A stretch of 64,000 bases of DNA, from positions 735-64,734 of the forward strand of contig MWCT01000007.1 in assembly GCA_002070185.1 (NCBI GenBank), read 5' to 3'. Origin of the DNA: a candidate division BRC1 bacterium ADurb.Bin183. GTDB lineage: Bacteria; Sumerlaeota; Sumerlaeia; MWCT01. Below, piece by piece: positions 37,557 to 46,348 of the stretch. The position numbers and the translations under genes were made by a program. Under the pieces are notes generated by a model. The model ran no database searches, was not told where the DNA came from, and was given only the letters and a program-made list of their open reading frames with translations. Each line of letters opens with the position of its first letter. The first letter of the stretch is position 1.

Positions 37557-39917
37557 CTATTTGAAAAGCCATGAATGGGCAGAGGTCTCAGCGTGCGACC
37601 AAACCTGAATATTTGGCTCGCCGCTTGAAGGGATGATATAAATCATAGATGCGTCCGGTTTAATGGCAACCCCGCAAGGCTCGATGGCGGGGTTGCCGCT
37701 CTTTATCTCCTGAAGAAGCGCCCCTTCGGGCGAATATAAACGGACGACTTTATTGCCTGAATCCGAAACAAAAACCCAGCCGTTGTTAGCCACATCCACG
37801 CCGCCCGCAAAGCTGGATACGGCGCATAAACGCGATTGCTTTCGCGTGAACACCTTGCTGCCTGCGCCGGCGCGTTCCCAAATCCAGACAGACCTGTCCG
37901 CATCGGATGTCTGATAAACTCTCCCGCCATCTTTTGTGCAACCGACTGCGCGGCTTAAGTGAAAAACGGGGTAATCAGGACCGGTTATCGTTGCGCTGGT
38001 AGCGCCATCCGCGGGAGAACCCGTCCAAAACGTCCAAGCGTTTTGTGTCCGATGCGCCGCAAAAATTTCCCCGGCATAATCCGCATCCACATCGCCGGGA
38101 TTGAATGTCAGCGCAACGCCGTTAAGCGGCTTTCCCGTTGCCGACTCAAAGCGCGCCAGCATCTTCATTTTTTCAAGGCTCGCCCAGATAGTCCCATCGG
38201 GGGCGTGGCAGATACCCGCAAGATTTTGCAGGCTTATCGGCTGTCCGGCAGCGTCCCGCCCGGTTGTAATCGGCGAGAAGAAAGCCTGCGTGCCATTCGG
38301 ATCATATATGACAATCCGGCTGTTGGCGGAATCGCAGACCCAGATCCTGCCGGCGCCATCCACAGCTCCATATTGCGAATTTGCCCCCGCTGTCCCGCCA
38401 GTGGCGTGAAAATTGTAAATCAGATTCGGCGAAGTTTTTATACTGAAAATTGGGCTGATGCGCATGGCGCGGTCGGCAACGCCGTTTTCGGCGTCATTAT
38501 CGGAGGCGTGAATCTGGTAATAAAGCCTATTGGTTGTGACCGGTATGGAAATCGCAAATTCAGAACAATAGTAATTGCCAGTTTGGTAAGGCATATTCAT
38601 CAAGACGCCGGAAAGGCGCGGATCGGCATCCGCCGCCCAAAGAACGCGCACCCCCTTGTCCGGAATTCCCGATTCATCCCTCGCCCCGCATATCAATCGA
38701 AAAGGCAAGCCCTGCGGAAGCGATGCGGGCTCAGCCCTTGGACCGGAAATAATCGGTCCCAGAGCATCATCGTCGTCCGGCGCGTTCAGCCAAAGCATGG
38801 GCGGGCGAATATCGGGGAAGACAAAGAAATTTTGCTGGATTGCCAAAGCGGTCGAGGTCGGTTTGTGGGAAGGACAGAGATAGGCGTATGAAAAAAAGGC
38901 AATACCGTCTGTCCCCATAGAGCGGATAGCGCCCGTCAGTTGCTGAACAACGGAGGCATCCGAGGCGTCCACAGCGGCAACAAATTGCCGATTGCCGCGA
39001 TTGGACAACCCGTCAGAAATCCATTGCACCAAAATCGCCGCATTTAGATTGTATGTTTTCTTGAATGAAACATCAAGGATGCCCTCTTTCATCCATGCGT
39101 AGGCATCCTGAAAAAACGTATCGCGACCTCCGGCATAACTGCCCTCTGTCGAAACAGAAACCATGATGGATGGTTTGCGCGAATGAGCCCCCTGATAAAT
39201 GCGCCTCATCAACGCGCTCACCTGCTCGCGCCTCCACTGCGACCACTCGGCGGGCATCGTTTGAGGCGTCCCGCCCCCCGTTGCCTCGGCAAACCTTTGA
39301 AGGCTCACGGCATCATAAGAATAACCCGCGCCGGGGTATCGCATATGATCCAGATGCAGCCCCGCCACATCATAATTCTCGATAATCTCCATAGCAATGT
39401 TGAAAAGATAATCCTGCACGGCGGGAATGCCCGGCGAAAGATAAAGATAATTGGTGTTCAAAGGAACCGTTGTCCCTGTGTTATCTGCAACGAACCAGTC
39501 GCGATGAGTGTTATAAAGCTGCGGCGCGTCGAGCGGCGGAGGAGCCGTCCCGTGCCACCCCGGATAAACATTGATAAAGGCGTGAAGTTCGATGCCGCGC
39601 TCGCGGGCATATGAGGCGGCGACGGCGAGCGGATCCCAACCCGGATCTGCGCCCAGCGAGGCGGGTGTCGTTCCCGTCAGCTCCCATGCCCAAGGCTCGA
39701 TGTCGGAGTGATAAAAGGCGGTGGCATTGCCCCGGCATTGGAAAAGAATCATGTTGAACCCCAGCGCAATGCTATTATCAATAATGGAGCGGACATCCGC
39801 GGCGGACTTATAATCCCAACGCGTTACCCAAATGGCGCGGATTTCATCGGCATTGCCTGCCCCCCCCAACGCCGCAAAAAAAATCAGCGCAAACGAAAAA
39901 ACATAATGCCTAAACAT
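37557..39917 (-). CDS. Secreted GHL10/DUF187 (YngK-like) glycoside-hydrolase-like domain fused to NHL-repeat beta-propeller
   Basis: Signal peptide. ..IRAIWVTRWDYKS...ALGFNMILFQCRG.. is typical of the DUF187/GHL10 TIM barrel. C-terminal repeats (..VFVSDSGNKVVRLYSPEGALL..) are NHL-like. Confidence 0.65.
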   Translation of the reverse strand: MFRHYVFSFALIFFAALGGAGNADEIRAIWVTRWDYKSAADVRSIIDNSIALGFNMILFQCRGNATAFYHSDIEPWAWELTGTTPASLGADPGWDPLAVAASYARERGIELHAFINVYPGWHGTAPPPLDAPQLYNTHRDWFVADNTGTTVPLNTNYLYLSPGIPAVQDYLFNIAMEIIENYDVAGLHLDHMRYPGAGYSYDAVSLQRFAEATGGGTPQTMPAEWSQWRREQVSALMRRIYQGAHSRKPSIMVSVSTEGSYAGGRDTFFQDAYAWMKEGILDVSFKKTYNLNAAILVQWISDGLSNRGNRQFVAAVDASDASVVQQLTGAIRSMGTDGIAFFSYAYLCPSHKPTSTALAIQQNFFVFPDIRPPMLWLNAPDDDDALGPIISGPRAEPASLPQGLPFRLICGARDESGIPDKGVRVLWAADADPRLSGVLMNMPYQTGNYYCSEFAISIPVTTNRLYYQIHASDNDAENGVADRAMRISPIFSIKTSPNLIYNFHATGGTAGANSQYGAVDGAGRIWVCDSANSRIVIYDPNGTQAFFSPITTGRDAAGQPISLQNLAGICHAPDGTIWASLEKMKMLARFESATGKPLNGVALTFNPGDVDADYAGEIFAAHRTQNAWTFWTGSPADGATSATITGPDYPVFHLSRAVGCTKDGGRVYQTSDADRSVWIWERAGAGSKVFTRKQSRLCAVSSFAGGVDVANNGWVFVSDSGNKVVRLYSPEGALLQEIKSGNPAIEPCGVAIKPDASMIYIIPSSGEPNIQVWSHAETSAHSWLFK

Positions 39918-40165
39918 GATGGTCTGTTATGTATTTGCCTCTCCCCGCGTCAAGACGAAAAGAGAAATTAGATACAACAAAAATGGGATTGATTTTCATG
40001 CAATGCGGAGATTCCATAAAAAAAAGGCGGACCGCAATTTAATTTGCCGGTCCGCCGCAGTATCGAAAAGGAACTATTATTACATAACGACCAAATTTAC
40101 ATGGCAGCTAAGTCCTTTTTCTTTTGATAGTTAATTCCAAAAGATTATTGCTCCGTCGCCGAACA

Positions 40166-41263
40166 TCAAGAGACTTCTTTATTATATTCGGCATTATTTT
40201 GTTGGAGCACGGTGACAGCCGCTTTTTGGGCGATGAGATTTTCCAGCGATTTGGTAAAGAAAAGAACCTCGTAAGGACGCTCCTTTTTCAAAGAATGGAA
40301 AAAGGGTTGCGCTATGAGCCAATCGGCAAGGAACTTTCCCGCCGCCAGATAACGTCCCGAAAAGACAATGGCATCCAAACCGCCCATCGCCGCCAGCGCC
40401 GACCCGCATGAAAGCATCAGCCGGTATTGGAAAATTTCGCGCGCCGCCCGATGTTTCTCATCGTTGGAAAGGAAGACTTCATCAAACGTCATGCGTTCGC
40501 CGCAAAGCCCAAAAAGCCCGCTCTCGCGCGTTAAAAGTTCGTCAATCTTCTCCGGTCCCCAGCCGAACTTCTTTGCCAGAATCAACGAAATACTGGGGTC
40601 AATTTCGCCGCAGGTTGTATGTCCGGGGAGCCCCTCCAGCGGGGTGATGCCGCTGGTCACCATGACCGGCGAGCGCCCCATAATGGCGGCGATCTCCGGC
40701 TGCGCTCCCATGCAGATGGATATGATTTTCTGAGATGTCTCTTTATCTTTATTGAACGATTGCGCCGCCGCCTCATGAAACAGGCTGTGGAACCCATATC
40801 GCCGGATGCCTTGCGCGTCGGATGATTTCGGATCCAGCCCATACATGGTTTCGCGCCGCGGCAGCGGGACAAAAAACGATGTGCCGAAAACCAGAACAAT
40901 CGGCGTCTCTGCCATGAGTCTTTGGCAGCATTCAACCAGGGCAAGAGCACCGGGGATTTGCATAGGCGCCCGCGGTATAAGGCTCTTCATCTTCAAGAGA
41001 GAGTCCTTGTCTGCAATCGCCGGCTGCGGAAAAGCCTCGCCGCCAAATTTGCTGTATATGGCAACCGCATCCGGTCCCTTGCCGTTGCTTTGATCTATGC
41101 AAAGTTTCAGGATGTCCCAGAGTACTTCTTGCAGAGCAATCTTGTCGCTTGCGCTGTATCGGTAATTATCCAGGCGCCCTTCAAAGAGGGAGGTTTCTTT
41201 TTCGCTGGCGTAATAGCAATATTCGAGGGAGTAGCTGCCTGTTTTAAGGATTAATATCTTCAT
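40166..41263 (-). CDS. Acetate/butyrate-kinase-family (ASKHA) paralog, divergent
   Basis: MKILILKTGSYSLEY (compare acetate kinase MKILVLNCGSSSLKY). ..GFHSLFH.. and ..GLDAIVFSG.. motifs. Start at 41263 overlaps the ackA stop by 20 nt. Confidence 0.65.
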   Translation of the reverse strand: MKILILKTGSYSLEYCYYASEKETSLFEGRLDNYRYSASDKIALQEVLWDILKLCIDQSNGKGPDAVAIYSKFGGEAFPQPAIADKDSLLKMKSLIPRAPMQIPGALALVECCQRLMAETPIVLVFGTSFFVPLPRRETMYGLDPKSSDAQGIRRYGFHSLFHEAAAQSFNKDKETSQKIISICMGAQPEIAAIMGRSPVMVTSGITPLEGLPGHTTCGEIDPSISLILAKKFGWGPEKIDELLTRESGLFGLCGERMTFDEVFLSNDEKHRAAREIFQYRLMLSCGSALAAMGGLDAIVFSGRYLAAGKFLADWLIAQPFFHSLKKERPYEVLFFTKSLENLIAQKAAVTVLQQNNAEYNKEVS

Positions 41264-42494
41264 CTTGCGGCTCCTGTTCCTGATTTTTTTCTGATTGCTT
41301 GTCCAGCAATAAAAAGGTTTGGCGGGCGATGGCAAGCTCTTCGTTGGTGGCGATGGCAAAGATGCGGACTCGACTTTCTTTGGCGGTGATATCGGCGGGC
41401 AATTCCTTCGCCGCATCGTTTTTCTCTGAATCTATCGCCAGGCCGAACACTTCCATATCGGAGCAGACCATCCACCGAACCTGCGGCATTGTCTCGCCGA
41501 TGGTGTCTGTAAAAATCACGGCGTCCGCATTTCCGACGGCGGAGAGATACGCCCCCAGATATTTGCGGATGCGCCAGACGTAAAGCGAGGCGGTGTTTCT
41601 CATCTGCGCTGCGTCATCGCCGCTTTTATCCCCGCGCGAGATGATGTCGCGGATATCGGAGGAGATGCCGGACATCCCCAGCACGCCGCTTTGTTTATTG
41701 AGCCGATTTTCCACAGCGTCGGGATCCCCGTTATGCTGCGCCATCAGGTTCAGCACAATCGCCGAATCCAAGTCGCCGCTGCGTGTGCTCATCATCAAAC
41801 CTTGCAGAGGGGAATAACCCATCGTGTTGTCAATTGATTTGCCGTTTTTCACAGCGCAAAGGCTCGCCCCGCCGCTGCCCAGATGGCAGGAGACGGCGTT
41901 GAATTTATTCATCGGCTTGCCCATGAGGCGCGCCGCTTCCTCAACCACAAACCGATGGCTCGTGCCGTGAAATCCGTATTTTCGGATGCCCTCATCTACG
42001 CGCAGTTGCTCCGGCAGGGCATACGTGCTTGCATAATTCGGAATGGTGGCGTGAAAGGATGTGTCAAATACAGCTGTTTGGGGCAGGTCGGGATAAAGGT
42101 CGTCGCACGCCTTGAGCAGCCCGACCGCTGGGGGGTTGTGCAGCGGCGCCAGACCGGAGATTTTCTCCAAATCCGCGATGCTGTGTTTGTCCATCATGGC
42201 AGAACCTTTGAAGCGGCTGCCTCCATGAACCACCCGGTGCCCCAGGCAGTCCGGTTTTAGTTCCGGATTATCTTTCAGGAGGTTCATTACCTCCCCGAAT
42301 GCCTCTGCGTGGGTTTTCATCGGGACGATATGCGTGGACTCTTTTCCGCGCACCCGGTGAATGATGCGGGAAGGCTCTGTTGTCTTGGGACTGACTCGTT
42401 GAGCCTCCCCGCCCGCCAGTTCAACCTCTCCGGGCATAGCGATTATTTTATATTTCAGGGATGAGCTTCCGCAATTGAGAACCATGATATTCAT
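41244..42494 (-). CDS. ackA: Acetate kinase
   Basis: MVLNCGSSSLKYKI...GHRVVHGG...VFDTSFH...GFHGTSH...VSCHLGSGGASLCAVKNGKSIDNTMG...GLMMSTRSGDLD canonical AckA motifs. Confidence 0.85.
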   Translation of the reverse strand: MNIMVLNCGSSSLKYKIIAMPGEVELAGGEAQRVSPKTTEPSRIIHRVRGKESTHIVPMKTHAEAFGEVMNLLKDNPELKPDCLGHRVVHGGSRFKGSAMMDKHSIADLEKISGLAPLHNPPAVGLLKACDDLYPDLPQTAVFDTSFHATIPNYASTYALPEQLRVDEGIRKYGFHGTSHRFVVEEAARLMGKPMNKFNAVSCHLGSGGASLCAVKNGKSIDNTMGYSPLQGLMMSTRSGDLDSAIVLNLMAQHNGDPDAVENRLNKQSGVLGMSGISSDIRDIISRGDKSGDDAAQMRNTASLYVWRIRKYLGAYLSAVGNADAVIFTDTIGETMPQVRWMVCSDMEVFGLAIDSEKNDAAKELPADITAKESRVRIFAIATNEELAIARQTFLLLDKQSEKNQEQEPQDEDINP

Positions 42495-42540
42495 TATTAT
42501 CACACCTTTTGTTTTTTATTGTTGTTGCCATGACCGGGAC

Positions 42541-43767
42541 TTAAATTTCATTCGATGTCCAGCCGAAAACCGGGATTCCGATTAAGCCGTGCACAATCGC
42601 GGCGGTTCCATAGGCGGCTTTGACGATGTTGTCCATTGGCACGCATTCATCCACCGCATGAGCCTGATCAATCAAGCCGGGACCGAAGCCGACTGTGGGG
42701 ATTTTGTATTCGTTCACAAGGACGCTGCCGGCGGTTCCCATTTCCAGTTTGTTGAGCTGCCATTTGATAGGCTTGGCGGAAAGTCCCGCTGCAGCAAGAG
42801 TCTGGCGCGAACGCTCAATCAAAGGATGGAAGGGGTCGGTTGTCCAGGCATTGACGACATTGCGCACCGCAACGGTTTTGCCTGTGAAAAGTTGCTGCTT
42901 TTCTTGGCGAACATCCACCATGACTGCCACTGCCCCGTAATTCTCGGCTGCGTATGTCGCATTTTTCTTCACATTGAAGAGCAGTTCTTCCACATCATTT
43001 TCCTGATAAATCTTCTGCGACATCTGAATCACCCCGCGGCGAATGCCGGAACGGCTCTCGAATTGGGGCGGCTGGATGCTATAAACCTCGCCCATGTTCT
43101 CGTTCTTTTTGAATGGGTGGCTTTCCTCCAGTTCTTTATAGATGCCATTTGCCACATCTTCCACATGAAAGGGCTGCTCGCCTTCCACGCGAATATCCAG
43201 ATTGACCCAGCCGTCGTGCCCGTAAACTAACCCCAAACCGGTCGGCTCGCCGAGGATGGCATAGGAAGGTTTCAACCCGATGGAAGGAAGGGAATGATCC
43301 ATCAAGGTGCGGACGCCGATGCTGCGTCCGTTCTCTTCAGCAACAGTCGCTGCAACGATAAGGTTGCCTTTGAGGGGGAGCAGGCTGTGCTTGAGTAATG
43401 CGCCGGCGTATAACTGCGCTGCAATACCGCTTTTGCAATCGCTGGCGCCCGCCCCGATGATACTGTCGTTTTCTATCTTGGCATCATAAGGTCCGTGTGA
43501 CCACTGGATTTCATTCGGTGGAACCGTGTCCATGTGAGCGTTGAGTAAAACTGTCGGCGCGGCGTCGTGTCCGTGAATAACGCCAACCACATTTCCCCAC
43601 TCATCTTGGAAGACCATGTCATATTCAAGTTCCTTCATACGGGACTCAACCATTCCAGCGACTTTCTTTTCATTGAGGCTCTCGCTGGGGGTTTTGATAA
43701 GATCCCGTGTGAACTCAATCATGTTTTCCTTCATCCGTTCCGCTTTGTTTTTGAGCATGTTATTCAT
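42541..43767 (-). CDS. M20-family metallopeptidase/deacylase (YgeY/ArgE/DapE-like)
   Basis: ..LLNAHMDTVPP...GAGASDCKSGIAAQLYA...EENG.. M20 metal-binding motifs. Start MNNML preceded by the GGGGAGG RBS. Confidence 0.75.
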   Translation of the reverse strand: MNNMLKNKAERMKENMIEFTRDLIKTPSESLNEKKVAGMVESRMKELEYDMVFQDEWGNVVGVIHGHDAAPTVLLNAHMDTVPPNEIQWSHGPYDAKIENDSIIGAGASDCKSGIAAQLYAGALLKHSLLPLKGNLIVAATVAEENGRSIGVRTLMDHSLPSIGLKPSYAILGEPTGLGLVYGHDGWVNLDIRVEGEQPFHVEDVANGIYKELEESHPFKKNENMGEVYSIQPPQFESRSGIRRGVIQMSQKIYQENDVEELLFNVKKNATYAAENYGAVAVMVDVRQEKQQLFTGKTVAVRNVVNAWTTDPFHPLIERSRQTLAAAGLSAKPIKWQLNKLEMGTAGSVLVNEYKIPTVGFGPGLIDQAHAVDECVPMDNIVKAAYGTAAIVHGLIGIPVFGWTSNEI

Positions 43768-43814
43768 CTTTTTATCCTCCCCTTTTTTTAATTTCATTCT
43801 TTGCCTATCTATGG

Positions 43815-43831
43815 TGCAACAATCATGCCAA
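43815..43831 (-). promoter_or_regulatory. Sigma-54 (-24/-12) promoter for the M20-ackA-ack2 operon
   Basis: Minus-strand reading is TGGCAT-gattg-TTGCA, a near-perfect match to TGGCAC-N5-TTGCA. It lies about 45 nt upstream of the M20 start and diverges from the sigma-54 activator gene. Confidence 0.6.
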
Positions 43832-43952
43832 TAAAATTAAATTAGCGCAACTATATTAAAATGAATGATTTTTGAAATTTTCCTCTTGACGGCGTCCAGT
43901 CAGATTATTTCATTTTGAAATTATAATATTTCAATATGAAAGGCATAATATT

Positions 43953-45575
43953 TTGAAAAGCGATGATCTCAAACTGGAAGAGTTGGTGGACACCTCCGAA
44001 GGGTGGCTCGGGCTCAAAGGACGCCGCCTCGTCCTCATAGACAGCCGCACCCTTGCCCAGATGCGAAAGGAGATTGCCGGCTCCGTTGGCATGGAACAGG
44101 CGCGACGCATCCTCACCCGCATCGGTTTTTTCTGGGGACAGGCGGATGCCGCCGCTATGAAGCGCATCTTCACTTGGGATAGCCAGGAGGAATGGATTAA
44201 GGCAGGCGCGCGCATTCATTCCATACAGGGACTTGCCAAAACCGTTATAAGCAATATTCACGTAGAGGACGACCCCGACAGTTTTATGATGGAGGTCATT
44301 TGGAACAATTCATTTGAATCCGAACAATATCTCGAAGTGGAAATCCCATCAGGAGACCCAATCTGCTGGATGCTGCTCGGTCATGCCAGCGGATACACAA
44401 CCTTCTGCCTTGGACGCGAGGTCTATTTTATGGAAGAACAGTGCCGAGCAAAAGGCGACCGCATCTGCAAAGCCATCGGACGCACCAGAAAAGCTTGGGG
44501 CAATCGTCTCAAACATGACATCGCCTATTTTGAGATGGAAGATATTCATAGCAAGATTGTGAAACTATCCGAAGATTTAAAGCAAAAACAGCGTGAACTG
44601 GCAAGACAGCGGCAGAAAATGGCGCTGGTTGACCCCAGCCAAAGCCGCGAATTTGTCGGCGTTCAAAGCCCCGTTTTCCGACACGTCCTTGAACTGGCTA
44701 ACAAAGTGGCGCAATATGATTCCACCATCCTTATCACCGGTGAAAGCGGCGTCGGAAAAGAAGTTCTTGCCCGCTATATACACAACAACTCCCGACGCGC
44801 CAAAGGGGCGTTTCTTGCCATCAACTGCGGGGCGCTTCCCGATACGCTCCTCGAAAGCGAACTCTTCGGACACACAAAAGGCGCGTTTACGGGCGCCGAC
44901 CACGCGCGAACCGGTCTTTTTGAGGAAGCCAAAGGCGGAACGCTCTTTCTTGACGAAATCGGCGATGTCTCCACCGCCATGCAAATCAAACTCCTGCGCG
45001 TCCTGCAGGAACGGGAAATCCTGCGCCTCGGCGAAAACCTTCCACGCAAGGTGGATGTCCGTATCGTCGCCGCAACCAACAAAGACCTCCACAAGCAGAT
45101 TCAAGAGGACACCTTCCGCGAAGACCTTTTTTATAGACTCGCCGTTGTGGAGATACACATCCCGCCGCTTCGGGAACGGAAAGAAGACATCCTCTCGCTG
45201 GCGCGCTATCTGGTCAAACGCTATGCCAAAAGGCTGCACATCCCAAACCTGCGCCTTGATTCATCCGCTCTGGACTACCTGCAGGCTTATCATTGGCCCG
45301 GCAATATCCGCGAAATGGAAAATGCAATCGAACGCGCCGCAGTAGTCAGTCATGGCGGTGTTATCTTGCCGGAAAACCTCCCTTTAACTGTCACAAAATC
45401 GTTGGATGGCTTTAACCGTTTCTATCCATCCGATATGACTTTGGAGCAAGTGGAGATGGAACATATTAAAAACGTTCTCAAGAAAACCGGCGGCAGCCGC
45501 ATCAAAGCCGCCGACATTCTCGGCATCAGTCAAGCCACCCTCTGGCGGAAATTAAAGGAGACCGAACAAAACTGA
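43953..45575 (+). CDS. Sigma-54-dependent transcriptional activator (XylR-N/V4R-like sensor, AAA+ sigma-54 interaction domain, Fis-type HTH)
   Basis: ..GESGVGKEVLARYIHNNSRR...LESELFGHTKGAFTGA (GAFTGA motif)...C-terminal ..DILGISQATLWRKLKE.. HTH. The N-terminal 200 aa resembles the XylR/DmpR N-terminal plus V4R ligand-sensing module. Confidence 0.85.
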   Translation: MKSDDLKLEELVDTSEGWLGLKGRRLVLIDSRTLAQMRKEIAGSVGMEQARRILTRIGFFWGQADAAAMKRIFTWDSQEEWIKAGARIHSIQGLAKTVISNIHVEDDPDSFMMEVIWNNSFESEQYLEVEIPSGDPICWMLLGHASGYTTFCLGREVYFMEEQCRAKGDRICKAIGRTRKAWGNRLKHDIAYFEMEDIHSKIVKLSEDLKQKQRELARQRQKMALVDPSQSREFVGVQSPVFRHVLELANKVAQYDSTILITGESGVGKEVLARYIHNNSRRAKGAFLAINCGALPDTLLESELFGHTKGAFTGADHARTGLFEEAKGGTLFLDEIGDVSTAMQIKLLRVLQEREILRLGENLPRKVDVRIVAATNKDLHKQIQEDTFREDLFYRLAVVEIHIPPLRERKEDILSLARYLVKRYAKRLHIPNLRLDSSALDYLQAYHWPGNIREMENAIERAAVVSHGGVILPENLPLTVTKSLDGFNRFYPSDMTLEQVEMEHIKNVLKKTGGSRIKAADILGISQATLWRKLKETEQN

Positions 45576-45676
45576 TAAATTCATCCCGTATCAAAAAAGA
45601 CTTGATTTGAGCGCCCTGCGCTCAATTATATATACTTAAATTTGCTAATCTATATATAAAGCTATATTTTTTTACC

Positions 45677-46312
45677 ATGAAACTCTTTTCGTCTAAAATC
45701 TTTGAGGCGATTAAAGAAGGGCAAATCACTTTGGCGTTTCGCCTCTGGGATTCCTGCCGCCTTGTGCCGGGCAAATCCTACAGCATAGGGAAACTCGGCA
45801 GAATCATAATCAAATCCGCGGAAAAAACGCCCTTGTCTGCCATTACTGATAACGATGCCCGTCTGGCGGGATTTGATAATGTTGCGCAATTATGGGATGA
45901 GTTGAAGACTCAAAAGCCGGGTCTGGATATTAACGGCGCGGCTTGTTTTCGAATCGAATTCCATTATGACGGCGTCAATCGCGATTCTAACCCGATTCGC
46001 GCGCCGCGCCCCCTTCCGCCCCATATGTTGGAACGCCTTGATGAAAATATCAAACGCCTCGATCGCCGCGCTCAGGGAGTCACCTATTCTGCCATCCTGC
46101 GGGAGATGTCCGAAAAACCTCGTTCCCGCGCCCAGACGCTCGCAGATAGTTTCGCCTGTTCTCTGCCGGAAATACGGCGCAAACTCTTTCGTCTTTCAAA
46201 GGAGCACCTGGTCAGGAGCGACCGGACTAGGCGTTTTTCCCTGACCTCGCGCGCAAGCCAGCTCCTCGCACATCGGGAGGCAAAACTTGCGGAAATCAAA
46301 AAAAGTATTTAA
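45677..46312 (+). CDS. Hypothetical protein (possible ASCH/PUA-like N-terminal domain)
   Basis: 211 aa. N-terminal ..KIFEAIKEGQITLAFRLW.. is reminiscent of ASCH domains. Basic C-terminal half. Confidence 0.4.
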   Translation: MKLFSSKIFEAIKEGQITLAFRLWDSCRLVPGKSYSIGKLGRIIIKSAEKTPLSAITDNDARLAGFDNVAQLWDELKTQKPGLDINGAACFRIEFHYDGVNRDSNPIRAPRPLPPHMLERLDENIKRLDRRAQGVTYSAILREMSEKPRSRAQTLADSFACSLPEIRRKLFRLSKEHLVRSDRTRRFSLTSRASQLLAHREAKLAEIKKSI

Positions 46313-46348
46313 TCCATTGACCATAGTCCGTTAAAGTTGCGGGGAGCA

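Noticed and set aside
43811-43830. Plus-strand TGGTGC...GC sigma-54-like motif upstream of the sigma-54 activator gene
   Set aside because: GG-to-GC spacing is 12 rather than 10. The same bases read on the minus strand give a much better -24/-12 match for the divergent operon.
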